Source: Lingula anatina (Eukaryota; Animalia; Brachiopoda). From it: a DNA stretch of 64,000 bases. The stretch spans positions 4,030,001 through 4,094,000 of the forward strand of contig CM120646.1 of the NCBI GenBank assembly GCA_051362555.1, read 5' to 3'. Below the pieces are notes generated by a model. That model was not told the DNA's origin and did no database searches. It saw nothing but the letters and a program-made list of their open reading frames with translations. Below are positions 51,241 to 64,000 of this stretch, piece by piece (the stretch's first letter is position 1; every line of letters starts with the position of its first letter). Made by a program: the position numbers and the translations under genes.

Positions 51241-54200
51241 TAATCATAGTTTTACAGTGTTTTTCTTTTTCGAAGTACATCTTCAAAATGGGTATATTTT
51301 TATATTGACTGTATACTTGTATGCTCATCGATACATCCAGCCTCCCCATTTTTCCTCTCTCTTTTCGGCTGGGGTGAAGGTGCATCCCCCACATTCCAAC
51401 AGGATGGAAAAGATCCATTCTGGGACCACAGATTCGCACCATAAACTTCAATTTGTACGATATGACACTAGCTTTTCGAAACCTTATAGTTGTTTTCTAT
51501 CAGGTTTTTCAGTCTCTGTGGAGGCATAAGTTGCTATGTTTGTTATGACCATATCACAAACTTGGATATAAGTTTATTTACAGATCTAAAATGTCCTAAG
51601 ATTAGTATAGATGTGAACTAATGCATTCTAACAACATATATTTTGATGAATTCTACAAAACCTGGTGTATGCATATTCCAACATGTGTATATTGCAGTTA
51701 TGAGACTACTACTGTATAAAGGCCGAAGAGGAAGAGCGGCTGAACTAAACTGTGGGTGAAGAAAAAAGGTTAGACAGGCTCTCTCATCTTTATCATCTTC
51801 ATGTTGCCGTCTTCCAGAACGACAACTGCAATCAAACACCTTCAGAAACTACCAAGATGGCCGCCCTCCTGAAGGCATTGGACTGCGGTTGCGACTCTGG
51901 GCTCCATTCTGGGTTGACACTGTTTTCCTAGTAAATTGCTACTCAGAAAACCGTTGTCAAATTAATTATAGCTATTTTAAATAAATAAATAAATAAATAA
52001 ACAAATAAATAATGTATTAAATTCTCTCAAAGTCTTAAGGATGATATACCTCAAAGTCGAGCGTATGTATACGGCTTTTAATTGTCATAACAAAGCCACC
52101 ATAACAAGAAAAAGTTTTATAGCTTAAATTCGTTATTTTGAAATTTGAATGGGGAAGCTAATTACGAAGTGGCAGGGAATTGTGGACGGCTTTTTCTGAT
52201 GCCTCTCCACCGGTGCCTCGATCAACATATCGGTTTACAGATCCGAGGAGCAGGCGCTAACTTTTAATCTAATATCAAACGTTAATAATTTTGACAACTA
52301 TCTATATTTGCACTGTGTGGAGCCTAAATGTGCCATTGACATATTTTATTATGCATGTGACAATTGCCTCTTCATCCTTGACTACAGTGCCATTTCTTCA
52401 CAAAAAAATTCATTAGTCTAAAGCTTCGAAATGCTTAAAGCAAATGAAAAATTTCCCTTATTGTATCAAAGACATTTTATCTTAATAGATGAACAAAATC
52501 CATACATCATGGAATAACAGGAATAACAGAGGAATCAAAATAAACCAGATTTGTACCTGCTCTCGTGACAACATTTTAAAAACTGTTTTAGACCTTGCTG
52601 TAAATAGACCCAACTTAAATATAACGCATGTGATGAAAATCGATCTACGAGGCGAGCTTAAACACATTTCTGTGAAGAAATGAAAAAGGTAGTCTAGTTT
52701 ACATAATTAAGTCATTAAAATATCAAAATGCGATCAGGCTTCGCTTTTAAGGAGTATTTTTCGCCAAGAGTCCATTGATAAACTTGAAACCATTCACTTA
52801 TTTCCGGTGTATATTTAAAACGTGCTAAATCGAACAATTTCATAGTTTCATTTTATACTTTCATTTTAGAGAGTTACCGGATTTCGCGTGAAAGTCAAAA
52901 CCGTTTAAAGTCATGGGAAACTCTTTTCTCTTTATTTTTGCTTTATCTGTATCCTGTCCAGCTAAAAGTCTTAGAAAACTGAAATCAGTGAAGCAAATGA
53001 GGTCTAAACATACATGTCTTTAAAAAGTGACTATATGAGAAAATAATATTTTTGCATCGCTTATTCCAGTGACTCCTCATAGTCAGATATGATAAAGATC
53101 AACTACAGTGTTGTATAACTATATGCGATTATATCTGTAACATTACCACCATAATTCCCTACCTCAGTTAAAAAAGACATGATATGTAGGACACCGCTGC
53201 GTGCAAAGTGCTTTCCACGGAGCTAGCAAAGTTAAATCCTTTCCCTTCTCTCAGCTAGGCGTTCCTCTCTCTCTCTCTCTCTCTCACTCACACAACACTG
53301 TCACACACTAGGAAGAATCATTACAAATTAAATATATTTTTCCACCTTCCTGATTGGCTAATGACTTTCAACGCTTGTATACAACAAACAGCATTACCAA
53401 GGCCCTGAAACGGATATCTATTACTTATCTTAATCTCGAGAGGTCACGTACGCCGCGCTTCGAAGAACCCCGCTCACCATTGACATACGACTCGGTTGTC
53501 AAAAGTTAGTTATCTTCATTTGCTAGATGCCCTAATGAGTTGTTGTTTATTTTGAACTTGAGATTTATTAGGTTTACGTTCTGTTTGCGATAAGAGGACG
53601 TGTCCATCTATTATCATAATAATTTTGGGTATCCTATTTTTGTTCTATCATTTTATTATTTATGCTTTTTTAATTACAGACATGGAGGAAACTATGGAGA
53701 TAATGAGGGTCCAGAAGACCTCCACTACAAGAAATTAAATCTGGAGGTCCTCCCAATTTTGTTCAGTTCCAAACCAAGCATTTCATTTCCATTAGGTTAA
53801 GTTAACATTTGATTTATTATTATTATTATAAATTGTTTCACATAAACTTTACCAGTCAAGAGGACTATGACCTGTAGGACAGGCAGCTTCCCCATGTTAG
53901 TAATTATCTGTGAATTTCCTGCACCAAATTCAGTGTTTTGTTCCTTCATATATTATTTTTTTCTCTCTTACTTCCTGTTCTATATATGCTATAGGTACAA
54001 CATTTGTAAGTATTTTTCTGGTGATGTCAATGTGTTTTAACATTGACGTGATCTTCGTCACTTTTAAGTGATGCTGCCAGATAAAACAGTTGCAAGAATG
54101 AGGAACATAATATAGCCGGTCACCCAAAGCTATGCTGCATCGGGGCCAAAGCCCCCCTCGTGAAGGAGATTATCCTTTCTCGTCCACCGCGTCATGACTA

Positions 54201-56137
54201 CAGGCCCGTTAGAGGCATACCTGACGAGAGCAACGGAACCAGGAAGTAAAAATAGCAAAAGGGAAATCCCCTTGGTCACGTGCATTTCCGCTTCTAAGAA
54301 GTTTAATATAGAAATACAACGTAATCAAAAGAGCTAGGAGCATCATATTTGTAAATTCAACCATGTTTAATTAATTAGTTTTTCATGTCGAATTCTAGGT
54401 ACCTCCCAATCTCTGGGGGCCAGTGCATGATTTTGAAATGCAAAACAAATAGGAAGTTAACGATGCTTAAAGCTACGACAAAACCCATTAGATGATGAAA
54501 CTTTTGAAATTTGCACGTGGATACGTGCAAAACAATCACAATCAATTGGGTCTCTAAGAAACCAACAAACAATTTTTATAATGATAAAAAGCTGTAGCAG
54601 CCAGTATTTATTGGCATTAGTTCTGTTGGCACTATAACTACTCTTATAAACTAATTCAGAAATAAACATAATAAAGCTAGAATGAGAAGTTAAAATATAC
54701 ATGCATTAAACTAAGTCTTTAAAATCCCCTTACAGAAAGACAGCGTACAGTAAGATGTCCATTGAAAGCATATGAAGATGTAGGACTCATATCTTGAACA
54801 ATTTTATATGTAAAGGATGGGTTTTTCTTATCTGAGTCTGCAGCATGCCAGCCATTATGATAACAATGACAATAATTGAAGTTACAATTCACAAAAATAA
54901 AATTAAAAAAATAATAATAAAATAAAAATAAATTTAAATTTTAAAAAAAAATCAGTTATAAACAAATAATGAAATCAGCCACATGGCCTGGGCAAGTGAT
55001 TGAAGGCAGATAACACATATTTTGTACTGAACAAGTTTTAAAAACTGTTACAGTAGAGCTAGATAATAACATGAAGATAAACATAATAATACATAAAAAG
55101 ACAACAAAACACGTATTCAAGGAGTTCAGTAAAACAAATCAGAAAAATCACATTGCCTTAAAGGGGGAGGGAGGTACATTTCATAGTTATTAAAAATGCC
55201 ACTGTTACCAAGCAAAATGACCAAAACATAAATATGCATATTTCACAGATATATTTTAACTAAAATTCATGTTCACAATTCTTCAAATTATGTAATAGTA
55301 ACATTTTGAGTGTAAATGTGTAATTCTGGTCTACAGAGCCCCTCTGAATACCATCCTCACGGCACAGTGCGTCTACTGAGAATTCAAATTTGGTATCGAA
55401 ATTCTCCTTCACGAGCCACAGTTAGATTTCAAACAAATATGAAATTAGAACTTTTGTCAATGTTTTTTTTTGTCTTCTGCGGGACATTTGTCTAGAAGAA
55501 GTTTGGTTCCTGAGCTCTCAGATTTGAAAGATTTTTACCTGGTTAAAAACTTATGCTAGAAACCAATAATGATACCTCCCCCCCCCAAAAAAAGGGAAAA
55601 AATCCTGATATTGATTGTTTAGTTGCTGTATCTCACCTGTAGAGCAATTAGAGGTGACAAACTTCCCTCGCGTCACCCATCAAGATAAAGCACAAGTTCA
55701 TATAAATATACCAATTTGCAACAGACTCAATTAATAATCTGGCCTGAATGAATCATCGATTCATTCCTTTAACTAAAATAATATTTTTTTGTATGAGAAG
55801 ACAGATATCTTTATTTAAGATATAATATGATTATTTATACAGTAAAAGAGAAAAAGACCTAAAATACAAATTTTGTCAAAAGCAAAGTGTTACCCAAAAT
55901 CAAGCTAATTGCTTAATTGCTCAATGTTGAGGAAGGCAAAGACTTTCACTGCTTGTTTAGAGAACTTCTACCAGTACATATGTATACTACACAGACACTT
56001 GGCACTATTGAATACGCTCAGCTTAATCAATGACCTTGATTCAGTATGTAGGTCACATTATCCAGGTCTTCATATCTTATGACCTTGGTACAGTATCAAT
56101 TAAGGTCAGTGGTTTAAAACAGGGTTTCTGTGTCTAA

Positions 56138-56330
56138 GGCCGCATTCACAACCAAAAGTTGATCCGTGGACTAACAGATCCCCTGAACCACTTCAAAGCT
56201 TACTGCATAATCCCCATGGGGAATCTATTAAGTGTCTATTATAGGATTATGCAGCAAGTTTTCAACTGGGTGAGCCATACTTGATCTGGGGATCAGTTAG
56301 TCTGCAGATCAACTTGTTCTGAATGCGTCC
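56138..56330. mobile_element. PIF/Harbinger-like fold-back MITE
   Basis: Flanked by TAA/TTA. TIRs ggccgcattca / tgaatgcgtcc, with internal inverted arms (aagttgatc, gactaac, gatcccc, tgcataatcc). Confidence 0.7.
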
Positions 56331-57976
56331 TTATTTGTTATCGAGGATTTTTATAGCTTTCAAACTCGTTACTGAACTAAACACGTCAATGTATTTTGCT
56401 CAACTTTGCCTTATTCCAGCTACACATAAGTAAGCTGCAATAATTTCATGCTCACTTCAGTACTTAATTTCTTCTTGCATAATCTGATTAACATATCAGT
56501 AGAAATATTGAAATTTTAACAAGACAGATAATGTTTAAGGTAAAAGCTAAGGGAGATGTGGTATAATCAAAATCTATCTACATTAGGTTTATAGTTTAAT
56601 TACAGCTCTATTTATATGTGTATAAATGAAAAATACTGTAAGCAATGAACCTGATATTTTAACAAAAACTTAAACTATTTGCACTTAATTAGCCAATGAA
56701 ACAAAATAAGCCCCAATAAATGAAACTGACATCTACTTGAAGATCCTTGAAAGCAAGACTAGGAATACAATTACATGATCTGCTAGGTGTACACAATCAA
56801 CAAACAACGAAACTACTACTTTCATATATTCATTTTAGAATATTTATAAATGAGAGTTTTCTAGAAATACTATTATACTTTTCTCCCTTCCAGTTAAAAT
56901 TCCCATTGAAATGGCACAAAATGCCATTCAAATTAAAAACAAAATGCCTTCTTAAATAGTCTTAATCATTTCAAATGGCATTAAGCTATTCAGTAATAAT
57001 ACTCAGTATAAAGTAAGACATAACTGTGTCTCTATTAAATTTGTATTCACATTTTTTATAACCATCATGCATTTTTCACAAATGCACCATACAAGTCTTT
57101 TGCAGTTCACGAGCTTAATTACTTCATGTTGCCGGATAGCATTCTACAACTCTAATAAATTTATCATAATTGTGGATTAAATATAATAAGTCCCTTTCTC
57201 TGGTCTAAAAAAAGTTCTAACCTGTGACCAACTGTCTACAGGAAGTGCTCAGTCTGCTGCATACACTTGACGAATTTTTACAATTATATTAAAAACTACT
57301 AGAACTGTCCACTAGAACTGGACAAATACCCCTTGTCAAATATGGACACACAGACAGAGGGGGGAAATTCCTTCATGCCCCCGCTACATGTTATAGAATT
57401 TATGTGTGGCAAACTCTCCTTCAAAATGATCAAAATTGCAGGAGGAGAAAGGTCTGCATGAAAGCTAACTGGCCTAAGGTCAAATTTCTCAGAAGTTCAC
57501 TATTCTGAAACTTTTTATGCTTTTTCAGAGATTTATGGATCTGAAATTTGAGAACAAAAACTGTGCAGACCATTCTACACCCAGGCAAGATGCTGAAGAT
57601 TCATATGTTAAATATCAAAAATTGGTTTAAAAAGTTTTTAAAATGGGCAAATGGATATTGAAATAATATGCACAAGTGTGAGTGCCACAAAACTAAATGA
57701 AATCTGCCAGAGAGGTTAGTCAGACAATGTTTTGGCCATTTACTGACAGGCAGATGGGTATGTTTCAGATACCCTAAGGGCTCATAGGCAGCAGATTTAA
57801 TAGTTATTTTTTAGGAATTCATTAATTACTCAACCCATTTCTACCTGCTACTAAAAGATTTATTGCAAGTCCTTGCACTAGGCTGCTAATACTTCAAAAT
57901 TAAGTTGACTAGTCCCCAGCTGGTGGGTGACGACAATCTCTATCTCTGCATGAAGATATCATTTTCTAGCCTTGCA

Positions 57977-59830
57977 CTAGTGAACCTCAGTTATGTCCGT
58001 GGAAATTTTAACCATGGTCAAGTCTTCTTTTCCTCCTCCAGAGCTGCCTGGCTTACTTGTAAGAGCATCGTCTGAGGGAAGTGACTGGCTGAAAAGAGAG
58101 CGAAATATGTATAAATCATGAAAGTAATTTCTTATAAAATTGGTGAAGACCACATAGTAACTTATAAGTTTTGGTCTACTACCCCCTACCCCATCCCCTT
58201 CTGCAATTAGCTTAAAGATCATTCACTAAAGATATCTGAGAGGAGACTTCTGAATGGCAATCTTAGGTAATGACTCTCTCTTCCAAGAATTTGGAGGAAG
58301 TGGTTAGTTCAAGAATTGTATAGCAGATGTAAGTTGAATGAAATATGCTCGATTTTACCTCCCTTGCTTAGTCTACAGGGGAATCATTTAAAACAATTTT
58401 CTTGTACCAAAAAGCACCAGAATATGGCCTACTTGTGCATAAAAAGTTACTATGAGATGACTCACTCATTAGCGCCAGGAATAGCCACCAATGGTGCAGC
58501 ACCAGGACGCAGTAACCCAGCACCTGGGACCTTGAGAATGGACTGGTTGGGATTGCACGATATACTTGTCAGTCCTGGGAAAGAAAATGAATAACTTTTA
58601 TCAATTTTCATGAATTTTTAATAAAAGAAGTTTATACACATTTAAATCAAAATTATACAAACACAAACAGGGGTTACTTCACCTAGGCATTGCATGTCTT
58701 GTTGTACTAGTCTAGTAATAAATACAACAAACAGCATTTCATTAAGTAAGCAATCAAAGTAGTTATTTTGCTTAAGGAATTGTTATTCATAAATATAGCC
58801 CATTTGAGGGGATTAAAATTACTGTCTCTCTTATCTACAGGATTTCACAATGCTTCTGAAGCAAAAAGCACATGATGTTAGCCATGTTTTACTGTGGCAC
58901 TTGTATTATGTGTGTATATATATAAAACTTTACATTCATATTGAATAAAAACATCTACCAGTTTCTTTTTCCCTTTCCTCCTCCTCTGTTTGACCAAATG
59001 GCACTAAGTGTGTGATAGAAGTCTTCCTGGCCTTGCGCTTCTGACTGCCCACCAAAGAAGATGGAGCCACTGGTTCAAGACGACCTCCAGCAAATGTTGA
59101 GATCTTCACATCGCAAAGACTTGAGGCACGTTCTGAAGGGCAACATATTTAAAGGTGCCTAAATATTACAAAGAAATGGTAACTCATAAGCAGTAGGTGA
59201 AAGTTTAAGGGGCATCCTAAGATATGTACCAACAACAATATTTGAAAACAATACGAAAAAGAACACACAAAAATATGTTGTCATTTCTCTTCCTATATAA
59301 ACATGAATTTTTCCTTCAGTATGGAATAAATTGATCAATTTTGTGAATGAAGACCTAATATAATAATATTATGTAGGTCAGTCATTTTATCAAGTTTTAC
59401 ATCAACAAAGTTTTTTAATCTATTAATGGACTTACAATTAAGTCTAATTGGCAAAGTTTCTTGATGATGTTTGATGTCACCTATTCTCAATATTTATACA
59501 GTAAAAATCTTAGATATGCATGTGTCTTTTTTCTTTACAGCAAAGGCATGACTCTCACAATTGTTTCAGGAAAGCAGAACTTGCTCATGTTTACCTATTG
59601 TAAGTTCTCCATAAGAGTGGCGTTTACTGCCTTCACTGTGGTGGCGTTTTCGAAGTGAGAATGACTTAGACCTTCGTCGGCTGAGATCATCAATGGAGCA
59701 GGCTGGTAAACTAGCGATCTGAGCTTCCAGGTCAAACGTACTAGAAATTTGCAAACATACAATTGAAGCAAAATGACATCTGCAAAAAATGAAGGAGAAT
59801 AAACAAAGACTTCCTACCAACGCCTACAAG

Positions 59831-59878
<48 letters not shown>

Positions 59879-62800
59879 CAATGCCAAAAAAAAATTTAGA
59901 AAACTAGGCACTGAATATAATGTTCCAAATATGGAAGTCCCACTTCCATTTAGAGTTAGCAGACTTCACATATAACAGACCAAAACAGTCTGTTCCAACC
60001 AGTGTGTTATATGTGAAGTCTACTACACTACACGAGATGAATGCAACAATTTGTTTAATTCAAATGCATACATATAACATTCCCATTTTTTAATTAATAA
60101 ACTTCTGCAGGGTTCTTAAGGCAAAATCCTTAACATATTTCCAGATAAAGAAAGAGACATTGTTAATATTGTAGGACAACTTTTAAGTTCATTAATTCAA
60201 GATGGTATGTTTTAAAGTTTAATTTTTTTCCCTTTAATGTACACACTGCTGAAAACGTGTAGAGCTTTGCTTTAAAAACAAATCTTTTTGTCAGTGATAA
60301 TGATGATGACTATCATTATCAATTATATGAGATTGGAATTTAAGACCAAACTGGAACAAACAAAAGCTGGGTGGAGTATATTTTGGTGATCAGTGAGGAG
60401 GTTTATAAACTAACAAGATCTCACCCAGTTTTGTACTTCCTGGCCCTGTCCAGTTTGTCAGATTCGGACATGTTCCTCCTCCTTGTTAACTTGAGTGGGG
60501 GCGACTCATCTTCAGCCCTCGGGCAGGGAGTAAGATTCTCACTGCTGAATAAATAAATACACAAAGTAATAAACAAATAAATGAGATGTATCTCTGCTTT
60601 ACTTGCACCAGTCAAATGCACAGCTTAATGCAGAATTAGTTCAAAAAATGACAAAGACAACCTGTCATTTTGAAAATATTGCATGTGATTTTGATCATGT
60701 AGTAAAGTTTTTTTTTCTGTTGGAATACCTTTCTGTCATAAAAAATTACATCTTGATATTAATTTCATCAAGCATTGGCAACTTTTGCTGTAATTGATAA
60801 TGAAAATGATACAAAATTTGCAGGGGCAACTTTCATGTCAGTGGCAAGTAGTCAACAAAATATTTCAACAGGGTAAGTCTATATGTGTTAATTACCCTGT
60901 TGAAACAATCATTCCACGTAGATCGATCCACCTCTGCAGGGACTCTCACTGAATGCAATCAGATTAACATACTTTCTCTGGTTTCTAACATATTCGTATA
61001 TTGACCAGTTTTTCAGTAGTCTGCTCAATGCCAAGAGTCCCTGTGGAGTTACATCGATGTACATAGAACAATATTTTTCATGGGAATGAGCTCTATCCAC
61101 CCATACTGCATAGTACAACCAGGAAGGTGGACAAGGCAACAATAAGCCTTTTGCAGCTAGATGGCTGTTGACTTCTTGTTTACTGAAGAGCCTGCTCTCC
61201 AGCATTCTTTTGTTTATTGGAGAGCAAGCTCTTTAGTAAACAAAGGAAGTCAACATCTTGTTTTCTTGCTACAAAAGGTCTTTCCTATCAAATCAAAGGT
61301 TCCACACAGCGCTAGATGCTAGTGCAGCAATAATTACCTTTGTGGCCTCTCTGGGGCAGCCCAGGACCTCCTGCTGTGCTTGTCTTGCACCGTGCTGCCA
61401 TCTATGGACGAGAGCAACTCATGGGACTTTGTCTTAAACAACATTGCCGACCAGCTGCTCTGTGGGCCCTGTAGCTCATCACAAAATCCAGCCTGGTCAT
61501 CTGAAAATGTCATCTTTGGTGGTTTGTTACTGGCCTCATTTTCAGTCTCAGCGTGCGCCTCAGAATGTTGGGAGCTTTCGCTGCTATCGACATCCAGTGA
61601 CATGGAGGACTGAGACAGAACATTGTTGTTGATCAAGCTCTCAGAGATTCCGTTAGAATGACTATTGGTGTTCATGTCATTACACCTGGCATTCGCCTTG
61701 TTTCCGAAGAAACTCTCACCCTGTTGAAAGTGTGTCTCCTGAGACGGAAGATTGCCGTTTTGGTGACTTAGGTAAAGCTGCTCAATAACAGAATTAACAA
61801 CTTTCTTCCCCTCAACATTTGCCAGACTGTATTCCTTTCTTTCATTCAGGAACCGTTCCCGCGCTATTTGATTCTGAACCACAGAAGCCATCTCTACTGC
61901 ATCTTTATCATTGGACAGCATACAGATAGTCTTCATTTGATTGGTTATTGTAGCGGTCAGGTGATCGGCAGCCTTGGGATCCCTATGGTGTAGTTTACTT
62001 GAACACATCTGAATTGACAACAAGACAGAAAAAGATTATCATTTTTATTATTTTTTTTTCATTTCTCCATTAAAACTGCAGTTTGATGACTCAAACATAT
62101 ACACATGTAATCATTTCTCATTAAGATGTATTTAAATGACTCCAACAGTATTCACCTTAATACAAGATCACAATGATATATATAAGGCAGTCTATTTTAT
62201 TAAGAAGAATAAATAAACAAGAGTGAAATCAAGCAACGCAGGTCACTAATGAGCCAGTGCATATAATTCCTATCTTCTTTGACTGAAGATAATGACATAG
62301 TATATGTAAGATTCTTAAAAAACGCCTCATCTTGAAACCTGCCATTTACCTCAGCTAGTTCCATTAGGGCTTCATTTGGCTTGCTGTCTGTATTGTCTTG
62401 TTTGGTACTCCCACCTGGTGGGGATTTCCCCTGCTGTGTTGCTGCTAAGAGCAAATTCAACCCTCCCATGTTGACAGGGTCTGAAAACAATGAGACACAT
62501 TAATCTATTATATTTTAACATAAATTTTATATTTTAAATTTAAAAATAACCCCCCAAAAAATAATTATAATAATCCTTCTATTAAAATCAACAAGAAAAA
62601 TTCTGTTCTTGGTTTTTACACTGTTTTTCAGGTAAACGGGAACTGTGCTGGAGAATGATTTAGCAAATCACAAATGCAAATTCTGATAATCTTGCCAACC
62701 AAAGAATTTCATCAGCTGTGCATACAACGAAAGTTACAATAGGTCTTCAACACTTCTAGGCTCATTCCCTGATAAAGGTCTCTTGTGAAACTATCGAGTA

Positions 62801-63414
62801 TTGGAGTGGTAATAAATCTGAATTAAGCCATTGTTTGGAGCATCTATTAATTCAACTTTGAAAATCTTATCAGTCCAAATTGAAAGCATGAATATCAGTT
62901 ACAGTGAGAGACCTGGTTGCTGTCTGATTAAATTAATTTTTTACGTGACAGGAGATATAGTTCAAAATAAAGATAATCTGAAACAGTACTTCCCAGTTTC
63001 CATGGTTACAATTACTATTTCAGCTTCAGATGACTTGGACCATGTTAACTAACACATTTTCATATTTCTTTCAGCTATAACAATAAAACGTAACGTAAGT
63101 AATAACCGTTAACGTAAATAATAAGTCCATGATTTACCTGCTAGTTTAAATTTTCCTGTTGTAATACTATTGGGGTGGTTGTCGTTGACGTCCTCATACA
63201 TCTCACCTTCCTGACCCTGACCTTGCACCACATGACCTTGAACTTCCATACTGCCATCGCTTTCCTGCTCGGCAAACCCAGAACTGCTTCTTTTGGTTTG
63301 GACAACTACTCTGGCATTTGATGGCCGTGTTACAGGTTTAGATGTAGTTTCTGTGATCTTTCCAGGATTGTGCCATTTAAAATCTGGATTGGCTTTCATA
63401 AAGGCCTCCTTGTA
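57977..63414 (-). CDS. BBX: HMG-box transcription factor BBX (bobby sox), 5'-partial. Exons 63414-63138, 62480-62350, 62008-61338, 60544-60425, 59740-59595, 59132-58959, 58574-58466, 58088-57977
   Basis: End of the HMG box YKEAFMKANPDFKW, then FKLADPVNMGGLNLLL, ALMELAE, FDLEAQIASLP and GSQKRKARKTSITHLV, matching conserved BBX blocks. Junctions are phase-compatible. Upstream exons lie beyond the window. Confidence 0.88.
59831..59876. repeat. Poly(A) tract (~46 nt) in a BBX intron
   Basis: Seen directly. Confidence 0.9.
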
Positions 63415-64000
63415 CTGGAAATATACGTTATAAATTGTCAGACACACATATTACTATTTTTCTTAAATAATTAAGCTGAAAAGTAAGCTGAACATAGAAA
63501 CTGAGAACATGACCCTAAACTATTAATTAATAGATGGGTGCTTAACTGGTTGATCCAGTTCAGAATGCTTTGCTTTACAAACGAAATGTAGGACAGCAAA
63601 ATATGAAGATATACAGAAATAACAAAAATTGAGAACTGTTGAAATTCTGACAACAGTAGAAATTAAGATAATATTAGTGAGAATATTTCTGATTCCATCT
63701 CTTGGGATGTTAATTGCATCAATTCCACACCTCAACATGGACCAAAGTCTGAGCTAACTCTATAAATTACCCTTGCATTGACACTATTACAGCTATTTTA
63801 AATTTGACCCTTTCTGCTACTTGTCTTGAGGACTGTTGTATGCATGAGGTCCACAGGACAAGTAGCAGAGTATACAATTTTTTATCAGCTACTGTCAACC
63901 ACGATTCCCTCTTAAAACCAAAATGACAGTGACTAAAGGGAGAGGTGAAGGAGGCATACTAAATGGCATGGACAAGATGGCACCTGCATACTAATCAGTA

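Noticed and set aside
53679-53796. Exon-like + strand segment with an acceptor and a donor
   Set aside because: It is isolated, with no partner exons or recognisable product.
60909-61205. 98-aa minus-strand ORF inside BBX as a possible extra exon
   Set aside because: No convincing phase-compatible splice sites or BBX motif. The flanking exons already join in frame, and the ORF overlaps a hairpin.

Overview
AT-rich, intron-containing animal genomic DNA with GT-AG introns, microsatellites and many short non-autonomous transposons. It is most likely an invertebrate; this is inferred from repeat types and gene content, not proven. I assembled seven protein-coding loci by hand from splice sites and reading frames: (1) a tetraspanin with an intronless CDS (+, 5965-6897); (2) a rhodopsin-family peptide-receptor-like GPCR with an intronless CDS (-, 10185-11639); (3, 4) two tandem six-exon rho-like glutathione S-transferases (-, 27604-30852 and 31859-35004); (5) a six-exon type II thioesterase, OLAH-like (+, 36942-40931), head-to-head with the GST pair; (6) a six-exon four-TM LAPTM/DUF4728-like protein (-, 43062-46831); (7) the 3' part of the HMG-box factor BBX (-, 57977 to >63414). 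The most notable observation is that one GST paralog has changed its active-site motif from SAPC to CAPC, a glutaredoxin-like CxxC. Also notable are a long hairpin retained in intron 3 of both GSTs, inverted MITEs bracketing the thioesterase start exon, and long hairpins in and downstream of BBX. I saw no rRNA, tRNA, CRISPR or prokaryotic systems. Most short ORFs in the supplied track are spurious or are exon fragments.
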